64,000 bases of DNA from Mustelus asterias (lineage: Eukaryota), in contig NC_135830.1 in the NCBI RefSeq assembly GCF_964213995.1, forward strand, positions 14,074,001 through 14,138,000. Reading direction: 5' to 3'. Under the pieces are notes generated by a model. That model did no database searches and was not told the DNA's origin. It worked only from the letters and a program-made list of their open reading frames with translations. Shown here in pieces: positions 1-10,386 of this stretch. A program made the translations under genes and the position numbers. Positions within the stretch are counted from its first letter, which is position 1. Each line of letters opens with the position of its first letter.

Positions 1-258
1 AAGTCTTCAGAAGGGCAATTGTTTCACACATAGGGTGGTAGGTGTCTGGAACAAGCTGCCAGAGGTAGTAGTAGAAGCGGGTACAATTTTGCCTTTTAAA
101 AAGCATTTAGATAGTTACATGGGTACGATGGGTATAGAGGGATATGTGCCAAATGCGGGCAAGTGGGATTAGCTTAGAGGTTTAAAAAAATGGGCGGCAT
201 GGACAATTTGGGTCGAAGGGCCTTTTTTCCATGCTGCAAACCTCTATGACTCTATGAT
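1..258 (+). mobile_element. CR1/HER1-type LINE 3' end
   Basis: Encodes an FTHRVVGVWNKLP-type RT C-terminus, followed by a 3' UTR and a (CTATGACT)n tail; same family as 8540-8680 and 26340-26590. Confidence 0.85.
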
Positions 259-451
259 TGCCCTTCACTAATTGCCTTTGTAAAAGTGATAGTGAGCTGC
301 CGTCTTGGACTGCTGCAGTCCATGTGTTGTAAGTATATACACAAAACTATTCCGGAGAGAGCTCCGCATTTCGACCTAGAGACAGTGAAAGGAAAACGTT
401 ATAGTTCTAAGTTCTAGCCCTTCGCCTCTTGAGAGGTGTTGGTGGGCTTTC

Positions 452-765
452 TTATATATAGCGCCGGCGTGGATGGATCAGGACGAGTTGTTGGTGATCT
501 GGACATCGAGAAACCTTGAAGCTCTCGACCATTCCCACTTCATCCCCGTTGATGTCGATAGTGCATGTCCGCCACTACGCTTAATGAAGTCGATGACTAT
601 CTCTTTCGTTTAACTGACATTCAGGGAGCGACTACTGTCCTCGCACCAGTTCACCAGATTCTCCATCTCTTTCCTGCCTCATCATTGTTTGAAATCCGAC
701 TCACCACGGTGGTGTCATCAGCAAACTTGAAAATTGAGTTGTAGGGGAATGTGGCCATACATTCA
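452..765 (-). mobile_element. Rex1/Babar-like LINE RT fragment
   Basis: Reverse strand reads KFADDTTVVSRISNNDE...ENLVNWC...LNVS.TKEIVIDF, typical of Rex1-clade RT. Confidence 0.65.
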
Positions 766-974
766 CTGTTTCATTCATTGTTTCCCTTCTCTGACTCCGC
801 TGTACAGATTGAGCAGCTAAAGGACCAACGCTGGAATTATTGCACAGAGAGTACTCAGGTTAAGATGAATAAAATCACCTTTCACTCCGCGTGGAGGGTA
901 GGAATTGAAGATCCAAGGAGTTTGACATTATTGGTTGAATCGTTCGCATATTTGTTTTAGATGATTCAATGTCA

Positions 975-1005
975 ACTGATGACGCACGCGGCGAAGAACC
1001 AATCA
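975..1005 (+). promoter_or_regulatory. TCR V promoter: CRE-like TGATGACGCA plus CCAAT box
   Basis: Lies ~100-130 bp upstream of the leader ATG at 1105; CRE-like elements are typical of TCR V promoters. Confidence 0.5.
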
Positions 1006-1104
1006 GAAGAGTAGTGGGTGTTGCTCACCCGCTTCTCAATTCTTGAGTGAAAACTTTCGGCCTCAGCCCATTGGTGTTGACTGTGCTATGAGGTCTCTGA
1101 AAAC

Positions 1105-2048
1105 ATGTCTCCTGTCACTTTGTGTTTATTCCTCACAGCGGCTGCTCTGTTAACCGGTCAGTTCACAAGTTTCACAAAGCTGTGTTTCATATATTTACCA
1201 CACATGGCATCATCACATCGGTAACAATGGATTGATCATAAATTAACCCTCACCACTTTACCGCCACACACCCTGTGACAAACAATGGACTTGAAAACCT
1301 ATGGACAGTTGTCAGTTTCCCCTAATTGCAGGAAACGCTAGAGGGGAACTGAACCCGATAGATGGCGCCAATTGTGCATTCCAGAAATCCTATTATTCGA
1401 ATCAAATATAATCAAGTTATAATCCCAGAGATGTTGGAAATATGTTTCACTTTCGTTGCACCAAGTTATTTATCCGGCTGTTGCGCAGGGCAAAATGCAG
1501 ATTCTGTGTGATAAACGTAGTTGTTTGACATCGTTTAATTTGTTGTTACTCTGAATACTTTCAGGATATTGTGGAGGAGATTCTGTTACACAGACACCAG
1601 CTGCAGTCACAGTGAGTGAACGACGTGACGGTCAGTTGTTCTGTAACTTTACAGCTACAACCAGCGACGACCCAGCGATGAGCCAGAAAATAAGAGAAAG
1701 TGTCAACATTTTAAAATTATCTAATCTTCCCTTCTGATTTTAATACAATGCCAGCAAATCTCAAGTAACATCTTACCGGAGTTTGTCAGACTAGCTAAGT
1801 ATTTCTCAAGATTTGTACTGCAGACATTAGGCTTTCTGGTAAAATTCACGTATTCTATTCTGGTATCGTCAGTATCCCAGCGGGTCCATGGAGTTTCTGT
1901 ATCAGAAAAGTAGATACAGTGGGAACACAGAAAGATTCCGAGGGGACCGTTTCTCTGCAGAGTTTGACTTTATGAAGAGCACCATTCCGCTGAATGTGTC
2001 TAAGATAGAGCTGGCAGACTCCGGGGTGTATTACTGCGCACTGAGACC
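1105..2048 (+). pseudogene. TCR alpha/delta-type V segment 1, disrupted by an insertion in CDR1
   Basis: Leader exon 1105-1156 (MSPVTLCLFLTAAALLT, GT donor). V exon from 1565 (tttcag acceptor): GDSVTQTP..LFCNFTATTSDDP / ~177-bp insert with in-frame stop / ILFWYRQYP...ELADSGVYYCALRP, then RSS. Confidence 0.9.
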
Positions 2049-2087
2049 CACAGAGACACAGAAATGGGCTGAACCTGTACAAAAACT
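2049..2087 (+). other. 23-bp-spacer recombination signal sequence of V1
   Basis: CACAGAG + 23 nt + ACAAAAACT directly after the YYCALR codons. Confidence 0.92.
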
Positions 2088-2339
2088 GTCAGAGCATTAC
2101 TCAACATTCCAATGTGGCAGTTGAGTGAATCATTATAGAATATTTATATGCCGACTTACCGGATGTCACACAATGTGTTTAATGTCACTCATACGATGAA
2201 TGAAAAAAACACAAGCCAATTTGGCCCCCACCATGGTCCTTCAAACAACATTATTATGCATAGCCTGTTTCAGGACGTTTATTCTTGGGTAGTTATTGAC
2301 TAGAGCAACTCTACTGCTCTTCTTCGAAATAGTGTCCTT

Positions 2340-2500
2340 GCGCACTATCACGTCCATCTGAGAAGGCAGTCGGTGCCCTCGATTTAACATCTCATTCGGC
2401 ACCTTTGACAATTCACCATCCGCTGCGGAGTGCACGGCCGCATCTGAATGGATCCTGTGACTAGAGGCTCCTCAAATCTTCTGCTTCATCGGCGGTAAAA
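2340..2500 (-). mobile_element. Degenerate Deu-domain SINE fragment
   Basis: Resembles the reverse complement of the conserved Deu core (ctcgatttaacatctcattcggcacc); a similar head lies at ~37490-37620. Confidence 0.35.
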
Positions 2501-3428
2501 ATAACAACGGAACCTAGCCTGGCAAGCGTTGTGTGTAGATTAGCGCGTATATTGTTAATTCTGAGGTATTTACACTGTTTTGACAATTTATATATAGTTT
2601 ATATTTACACATGCCGGATTGATGCAACGGTTAATCGAGGTGATCAGCCTGATAACTGAGAGATAGATAGGAGCAACCTCTCGATGCCTCAGTCACTTTC
2701 CATCAGCGTCACCCAAGTACCTTCTGGCATTGTTTTTCCTGAAAGAATCCGTGTGTCTTGTGGGGAGGAAAGAATCTCGGAATAGACTGAAGACTGAATC
2801 CTGGATATCCCAGGAGTCAGTGACTGTTCATCCACCCAATCATGGATTAAAATAAAGAAACGGAAATTTAAAGCAGCAACCTTTGCTGGTCCTGATGGAA
2901 GCGGCCGGATAACATGTTTAACCTTTGGAATCAACTATTACTCTTCAAGGGAAATAAAAGTTTTTTTTACTGGTCTCGCGCCCTTGATGGATTCTGGACA
3001 TCTGAAAGCACTTTACAAATGATGGAAGTTTATTTCCAGTGCAGCCGCTGTGTGTGCTGTTTGAAACATTATTTATACAGAGGACACGGGGCATTGTGGA
3101 TCACCGCCACAAAGAGTTGTCTCTCTGACGCTCATAGCGAAATGAAGAGATTTTCAAGTCCTTGTATTTTCTGGATACTTTGTGTTTGTGAACAATCGTA
3201 ACCAAAATCTTACATCACAAGCATGGGAACCCGCACGACCTCTCTCTCACAGACATACCCTCCCTCTCTCTCTTTTGCTGTCCTCCTCACTGATCAACGC
3301 TATTAATTAGAAACATTGCGCTGATTTTTTCCTTCAGTAAACCCTGTGACCGTGCACCATGAAATGCAATGGCTGGCAAAGTTCACTCTCCAAGTCTCCT
3401 TTGCCATAACATTGACAATTCATCGACG

Positions 3429-3483
3429 GGTGCTTGTCCTAAATATACCACTGTTCACAGTGAAGTGTCACACCACAACATTA
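3429..3483. other. Back-to-back RSS-like element (heptamer-heptamer fusion)
   Basis: GGTGCTTGT-11nt-CACTGTT|CACAGTG-12nt-ACAACATTA. Confidence 0.45.
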
Positions 3484-3564
3484 TTTCCTGTAATTTACAG
3501 CTGTCACCTGTGAGAGCGGTGAACTGCAGTTTTACGTACTTTCGGTCAAATAAAAGTTTCTGGA

Positions 3565-3578
3565 GCGCCACCTAGTGG
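3565..3578 (-). promoter_or_regulatory. CTCF-binding motif
   Basis: Minus strand reads CCACTAGGTGGCGC, matching the CTCF core consensus. Confidence 0.65.
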
Positions 3579-4105
3579 AATGATCTGCGTAAACACAATT
3601 ATTCTCGAATACTGCAGCATACTAAAATATTACCATGCCAGATTATTACGGATGTTATTGTTTTGATTTTATTATTCCTGATGCTTATGCCTTTTTCATC
3701 ATTTCACTTTTGTTACGCTGACTATTTAATATTAATTCCGACATTATTTTCCTAGTTTGCTGCCAACCGAAGAAACTAAAATTGAAACAGTACCATTTAA
3801 ATCTCGAACGAATGTGTGAACAGGGGGTATATTTACATAATTGGCATGTGTTGTTGTTTTAAAATCTGGATTTCATTGGGACCTTGGCGGATTCATATCG
3901 CTAAAGCAAGCTTCGTGATCCAGAGTGGCTGAGGCATTACAATAAATCGGCAGTGTTTAAGATAAAAATGGAATTAGCTCTCATGTATACGTTCATTGCA
4001 TTGCAACAATAACAATATTTGCAAGAATAATGCGGCAGAGTCTTGTAACAACATATTTCAGGAACTTGAGAATTCGGTGATTGTCCAGGAATTAGCCTCA
4101 CATAG

Positions 4106-4119
4106 CCACCAGATGGCGG
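4106..4119 (+). promoter_or_regulatory. CTCF-binding motif
   Basis: CCACCAGATGGCGG matches the CTCF core consensus. Confidence 0.6.
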
Positions 4120-4264
4120 TGTCTCACCATGTTTGTTTGTTTACTGCAGCGGGTACTGGAACGATAATATTGTGGTTCTGCAGCTAGTCTAGTATTCCAG
4201 AGGGACAAGCGGCTGGCCGAAATCACCCTTTCCTTATCACGTGTTATGTTATATAAGACTATAT

Positions 4265-4845
4265 AACTATTTGCAGCTCTTTAAGACCCTGGTCAGACCA
4301 CACTTGCAGCACTGTGCTCAGTTCTGGTCGCCTCATTGCAGGAAGGATGTGGGAGCCATAGAAAGGGTGCAGAGGAGATTTACAAGGATGTTGCCTGGGT
4401 TGGGCAGCATGCCTTATGAGGATAGGTTGAGTGAGCTCGGCCTTTTCTCCTTGGAGAGACGAAGGATGAGGGGTGACCTGATAGAGGTGTATAAGATGTT
4501 GAGAGGTATTGATCGAGTGGATAGTCAGAGGCTTTTTCCCAGGGCTGAAATGGTTGCCACTAGGGGACACAGGTTTAAGGTGCTGGGGAGTAGGTTCAGA
4601 GGAGATGTCAGGGGTGAGTTTTTCACTCAAGGGGTGGTGGGTGCGTGGAATGGGCTGCCAGCAACGGTGGTGGAGGCGGATTCGATAGGGTATTTTAAGA
4701 GACTTTTAGATAAGTACATGGAACTTAGTAAGATAGAAGGTTATAGGTAAGCCTAGTAATCGCTAAGATGGGGACATGTTCGACACAACTTTCTGGGCTG
4801 AAGGACCTGTATTGTGCTGTAGTTTTTCTATGTTTCTATATTATG
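4265..4845 (+). mobile_element. 5'-truncated CR1/HER1 LINE (RT C-terminus + 3' UTR)
   Basis: ORF 4241-4750 LVRPHL..C.QFWSPH..ERVQRRFTRMLPG..RGDLIEVYK; tail (TTTCTATG)n. Confidence 0.92.
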
Positions 4846-4899
4846 TTATTTTATTTCTCCATCTGGAATTCCTGAATCAATTTTGGACATTGCTTTTCT

Positions 4900-5190
4900 C
4901 AATGCGCCCCTTCGTTTCTCTCACTGTATAGCTCTCTGTTTCTCGTGTTCACAGCCTTCTTGTCTCTCTTCGTTTCTTCACCGTTTCTTAATCTAATTCC
5001 CTTCCTGCCTCCGCCTCTTTTTCACTCCGTGTCAGTCCCACTATTTATCTCTGTTTCTCGCTCATTTCTATCATTCCGCTTCCTCTTTACCTCCCCGAAT
5101 CTCAATCCGTCTCTCCCTATCTATGTACCTATATCTACCACGGTCTCTGCTTTTGATTCACTCACTATCTTTCCATTTGCTTAGCTTCAT
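4900..5190. repeat. CT-rich low-complexity tract
   Basis: Pyrimidine-rich degenerate (TC)n. Confidence 0.6.
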
Positions 5191-5482
5191 TTCTTGTGTC
5201 GTATTTCTCCTTGCGACACGTCAAATATCAAATATTTTCCACAGTTCTTTCATAACAGTATCTTTAATTTTAAAATAATGATTGTTTCAATCTCACCTTC
5301 ACGTTATGTTCATGTATTCGACAAAACTGGGACAGAGGAAACGTTTCCCAGTGCAGTACCTGGGTTGCTCTCGACTTGCTAATAATTTGGGTTCATTTTA
5401 AATCATAGCAACCTACAGGTAGGTTTGGAAATTCCAGGTTTTCCCCTTCTGCCCAGCTGTTCCCTTTGTCACACTGCGGTAG

Positions 5483-5521
5483 TTATTTTGCACGAGGCTT
5501 CCTCTGGTTCTGGTCACTGTG
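5483..5521 (-). other. 23-bp-spacer RSS of V2
   Basis: Minus strand CACAGTG + 23 nt + GCAAAATAA. Confidence 0.85.
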
Positions 5522-6053
5522 TCTCTCAGTCCGCTGTAATAAACCGCGCTTTCAGACAGCTGCAGCTCACGTGGTGAAATTTCCCTGATTTTTCGAAGTG
5601 TTCAAAGATGCAGCAAATCGAGCCCCCACGCCCTCTGCTCTGACAACATCTTCGTAATTGGGGATGTAGATCAAGAATGTGGGGACGTTATACAGGTCCT
5701 GGTGGTAAAACTGAAAAGAATATGCAGCAGCTGTGGTCGAATAGCTGAAATCAATACACACCGATTCTCCTTCAAACCTTATCGCTGTAACCGGTCCCTG
5801 GGAGACCAAACCTGCAGCACTCACACCTGCAAAAAAGAATAGAAATACGAAATTTAATTTTTCTTTTCACTTTGTCAGAAACAACGGGATTTAGGTAATT
5901 GAATATATTACAAATAGATGGAAAAACAGTTCAATGGAAAGATGTCTATGTCAGTATCGCGAGCAAGCGGCAGAATGTGCAACTTGGGAACTTACCAGTT
6001 AAAAGAGTTGAAGCTGTGAGGAACTGGTAAAGAGTAACACACAAAGTCTTCAT
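5522..6053 (-). pseudogene. TCR alpha/delta-type V segment 2 (pseudogene)
   Basis: Leader exon 6053-5996 (MKTLCVTLYQFLTASTLLT, GTAAG donor). V exon 5826-5522: VSQGP...IDFSYS..FQFYHQ..; frameshift near 5570, then RELQLSESAVYYSGLR. Both canonical Cys and the FR2 Trp are substituted. Confidence 0.88.
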
Positions 6054-6139
6054 AGAGATTATGCTGGATCTGAACTCAGTGAGTTCAAGCTCCATATTTA
6101 GTTCAGTGTTCAGAAAATGTTGAGAAATATCCGGCCTCA

Positions 6140-6260
6140 AGCGATTGGCTCGTTTCTGACAGAGCCAGCGGGAGACACCCAATCAGCTCACAGATTCATT
6201 ACCCTCCATTTCATCCAATCAGCTCAGAGTGCCTTCGCTCACCAATCCATGACGTCAGAC
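6140..6260 (-). promoter_or_regulatory. V2 promoter: perfect CRE TGACGTCA (6250-6257) and several CCAAT/ATTGG boxes
   Basis: Motifs seen 90-200 bp upstream of the leader ATG. Confidence 0.6.
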
Positions 6261-6264
6261 GGAG

Positions 6265-6455
6265 GAGCCTTAATTGCCCTCCATTTGAGAGGACATTTAA
6301 GGATCAACCACATTACTCTGGCTCTGGAGTCACATGTCGGCCAAACCAGCTAAGGACGGCAGATCTCCTTCCCCCATGACATTAGTGAACCGGATGGGGT
6401 TTTGCAACAGTCGATAATGGTTTCATGGTCATCATTACACTTTTAATTCCAGATT
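6265..6455. repeat. Unclassified interspersed repeat (LINE-UTR-like)
   Basis: Similar sequence recurs at ~43860-44085 (ggagtcac..ggcagat.tccttc..ttagtgaa..aattccagatt). Confidence 0.55.
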
Positions 6456-7094
6456 AATCACATCAAAACCTGAAAAATGTTCAATCTGAGAGCTGGAGTT
6501 TCTTCATGCTGACGTTAATAATCTCCATAACTTGCTGCTTTTGAATATTCCGATATGTGTCAAATGAACTAATATTGTTTCAGGCACAGAGTCAGTTCCT
6601 TCATTTCTCCAGGATAGGAGCAGATTAATTGCTAACCTGTCACTGGCTGTCACTCAATGCTTCATCTTTATTATTTTCTCCTTTCTAACTGTCTCGATCA
6701 TTTCATTTCTTGGACCTTCAGCTATTCTGTTGAACTCATACCTTCCAAAATGTCTTTCCAAGCCTTGGGAACCAGGGAAGGCATTGATAACACATCCGGG
6801 TCAGTAAACACAAAACACGGCCGTGATGTGCTGGACCCCATCATTGAGAGTGGGGATGTTTGTGGAGCCTCCCCTTCCTGTGGTTCCACTTTGGATGGAA
6901 ATCAGTGAGGTCTGAGAGTGGTTTTCTATTTTTCATATACTCGTAAAACAAATGAACTGATAAACTTGTTGAAATCCTCTTAAAACAGCATTGTAATAAA
7001 AAGACAGAACTTCAAGGAAAACATATTAAATTAAAATATTTTCCCTATTTATACTCTTTATTCCTTGAACTGGGAAATTATCAACGCAGTCAAA

Positions 7095-7600
7095 CTGGGG
7101 AGAGGTCATTCACCGTCGCGAAGGGTGGAGATGGATTTAATCAGTTGTCCCTTCTGTCAACACACCAGCAAGTTCATACTGGGGAGAAGCTGTTCTGATG
7201 TTTTAAATGTGCGAAGGAATTTGCTTACTCATCTGACCCGCTGGCACATGAATGAGTTCACACAGAGGAAAATGCAGCCACCTGCTCTGTTTGTGGGAAA
7301 GGATTCGCTTAGTCATCCCAGCTCACTAAGCATAAACTTGATCACAGTGATCAGAGTCCTTTTAAATGTTCTGATTGTGACAAGAGCTTTAAAACAAGAA
7401 GTATATGTGAATAAAACAACAGCTTCAGACTGGAGTGAGACGGTTCATATACCCGGAAAGTGGGAAAGGATTAATTCAGTCATCGGATCTGCTCACACAC
7501 CAACAACGTCACACCAAGAAGAGGCCGTTCACCTTCTCTGAGTTTGGGAAGGGATTCCAGCCGCTTCCTGGCACACCAGCGTGTTCACAAATGAGCGGAG
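7095..7600 (+). pseudogene. C2H2 zinc-finger gene remnant
   Basis: HTGEKLF*CFKCAKEF..H..VHT; CSVCGKGF*SSQLTKH..H; PFKCSDCDKSF; [11 protein letters not shown]. Contains stops and frameshifts. Confidence 0.85.
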
Positions 7601-7604
7601 GACA

Positions 7605-8180
7605 TTGCAGACATGACGGGAACGGTTGAACGGACACTGCACAACAATCGCCAGGCGGGAGTGTTCCCTTCCAGTTGGGGAGCTCTTCAGCGGTCCAGGA
7701 CATTCAGCCTCCAGTTTTCGGGTAAGCGTTCTCCAACGCGGCCTTCAAGACATATGGCAACGCAGAATCGCCGAGCAGAAACTGAGAGCCAAGTTCAACA
7801 TGCATGAGGACGGCCTTAACCGGGATCTTGGGTGAATGTCGCACTACTTGTAACCCTCATCATACTGCCTGGGTTTGCAAAATCCTACGAACTGACCTGG
7901 TTTGAGACAATTCACACCCCTTTAAATTGTAATTGTCCCTCGCTCCACTCACACTTCGCACCTATAAAAACTTGATTATTTACTTTATATTTACCTGTAA
8001 AGACTCATATTAAATCACTCTTCACATACCAATCTGTAACTATCTTGCAGTTGTGTCTTTGATTATATATACTGTGCTTGCGAACTAACCTTCACGCACC
8101 TGATGAAGGAGCAGCGCCCCGAAAGCCCGTGATTCCAAATAAACCTGTTGGTTCTTAACCTGGTGTTGTGTGACTTCTTA
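7605..8180 (+). mobile_element. Penelope-like element 3' part (GIY-YIG C-terminus + pLTR with hammerhead motif)
   Basis: LPVGELFSGPGHS...AEQKLRAKF..HEDGLNRD; hammerhead core CTGATGA...GAAA at 8100-8124; aaataaacctgttgg end. Confidence 0.8.
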
Positions 8181-8539
8181 CATTGCTGCAGTTACTCACG
8201 CCCAGGACTGAACTTGGAGGTTAATCCTGAGGTGTGTAAGGAATGTGTGCGAGCCGCTCTCTTCCATGGTTCAGAGCTCCGAGACACGGAAGAGAAGCTC
8301 CTTTACAACTGTGTTCGGAGTCAGGAGAGCAATGTTGAATACTGCAAACGTGCTGTAAAATCAGAGGTTGGTGTAAAATTGGTCTGTTCCTGAGAGTGAA
8401 ATGGTTTAAGTTTCCAGACTGAAAATGTTTGTGTGACTTTCCTGAATCTACTAATGTAAGTAACATCAAGTTACATTTCACTCTGGAACTTTGAACCATT
8501 CTGTTTTGGTTGAAAATATTTTGTTGAAAATGTTGAAAA

Positions 8540-8680
8540 TGAGATGGGTATAGAGGGATATGGGCCAAATGCCGGCAATTTGGATTAGCTTAGGGTTTTA
8601 AAAAAATGGCGGCGTGGACAAGTTGGGCCCAAGGGCCTGTTTCCATGTTGTAAACCTCTATGATTCTATGACTCTATGAC
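8540..8680 (+). mobile_element. CR1/HER1 3' UTR tail
   Basis: Near-copy of 120-258, with a (CTATGACT)n tail. Confidence 0.8.
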
Positions 8681-9257
8681 TCTTTCTCCCACCTTCCATT
8701 GACTTCAATGTGATGGAAACTGACTGTTGGAACCTGTGAACATTTGAAATATATTTACAAATGATTGGAGGGTTTCTTCCAGATGGATCTTTCTCTGTTC
8801 TTTCTACTGGTAGCGTTAGAAAACATACTTTCTCCTGTGAATATCCAGCTGGAATATTCGGCACTGATGTCTTTCCTTGTTCATCTTTTTCACTCGAAAT
8901 ATTGAATATTTTGGTTTCAGACAGCAGATAATCAAACTCCCAGCAATAGACAGTCTATTACTGACTTTATTAACAGCACTGCAATAATACAGGGTAATTC
9001 CAAATTAGTTCCATTCCTTAATGAAGTATTTAAATGATGGCATCCATTTGTATTTCAGAGTCAGTAACATAGAAATGGTGTACTGGTCTTTAATTTCGAT
9101 ACAATTTTAATTCAATGTTCCTTCTTTCAATATCCTTTCCACCACTTCCCCGTTACCTGATTAATTTGAGATACCAGCAGACACAATGTAAATCACAGTT
9201 GCTGTGGGCAATTGACGTGTTTGTGGCGTCAGTTTCCGAATATCAGGGCATCGCAGC

Positions 9258-9329
9258 TTTGCCGTAGTGTAGTGGGTATCACGGTCGCTTTACACGCAAA
9301 AGGGTTCCTGTTGGATCTGGGGCAGGAAT
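9258..9329 (+). pseudogene. tRNA-Val(TAC) pseudogene
   Basis: CCGTAGTGTAGTGGGTATCAC..GCTTTACACGC; T-arm degenerate. Confidence 0.75.
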
Positions 9330-9336
9330 ATTTACC

Positions 9337-9545
9337 AGAAAAACAGAAATTTCTGGAAAAACTCAGCCAGTATGATAGCATCTGTGGGGAGAGAGTGGAA
9401 CCAACATTTCAAGTCTGGATGACCCTTCGTCAGACTTCTTGATTCGACACAATGGCTCGATTCTCTCATCACAAGTGCTGGCAGACCTGCTGAGATTTTC
9501 CATTATTATCTGTTTGTGTTTCAGGTTCCAGCATCAGTAGTAAAT
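9337..9545. mobile_element. Palindromic Penelope-derived element with hammerhead remnant
   Basis: Inverted arms (ggaaaaactcagc / gctgagattttcc); minus-strand CTGACGAAGGGTC..GACTTGAAATGTT. Confidence 0.65.
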
Positions 9546-9999
9546 TATTTTTACAAAAAACATTTCCAAATGTTATCAATTTCAGAGTGATTGGGCTTTC
9601 AGAATTTTTCGCACATTTGTCACGAAACTGACCTGTGGAACATTTTCAAACAACGAACGTTGCAGTACAATTATCATTTTCGCTTCCGATGGTTCGAAAC
9701 AGGAAAGAAATATTTCCAAATACTTTACAATTCGGAGTGAGGGAAAAGTTTCGTAATTCAGTGGCAGTGTAAACGGTAAAATCTGACCTATTACCAGACA
9801 GATTTTACCTTGCAACAACATCTCAATCGTTCGTACTTTGCAGTCTTAATTCACCAGAAATGTTCCACACCCAGAAGCACGCTGCACCACTATCCAAAGC
9901 ACTGCGTTGCTTTCAAAGGCAACTCTCCTCTTAAAAGGTTGCACACTCTCACTCGATGATGGTGAAATGTGACAGACAAATAGATAGATAGCGAGGTAG

Positions 10000-10000
10000 G

Positions 10001-10031
<31 letters not shown>

Positions 10032-10337
10032 TGAATAGANNNNNNNNNNNNNNNNNNNNNNNNNNNNNNNNNNNNNNNNNNNNNNNNNNNNNNNNNNNNN
10101 NNNNNNNNNNNNNNNNNNNNNNNNNNNNNNNNNNNNNNNNNNNNNNNNNNNNNNNNNNNNNNNNNNNNNNNNNNNNNNNNNNNTGGGCAGACGGACGGAT
10201 GGACGGACGGATGGACGGACGGACGGATGGGCGGATGGATGGACGGATGAATGGATGGGCGGATGGACGGGCCAACGGACGGACGGATGGATGGATGGGG
10301 AGAGGGAGAAGGACGGACGGAGGAATGAACGGACGGA
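10000..10337. repeat. (GA)n and (GGAC/GGAT)n microsatellites flanking assembly gap 10040-10183
   Basis: Seen directly. Confidence 0.9.
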
Positions 10338-10386
10338 AAGGAACATTTCACTGACTGAGAATAAGTAACATTCACCTTAGTTCAGC

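Noticed and set aside
1675-1851. Canonical intron or MITE in V1
   Set aside because: No GT/AG at the required positions; only a 7-bp internal inverted match (CCAGAAA/TTTCTGG) and no TSD.
9846-10375. ORFs of 107-166 aa spanning the first gap
   Set aside because: Artefacts of N runs and (GGAC/GGAT)n microsatellite translation.
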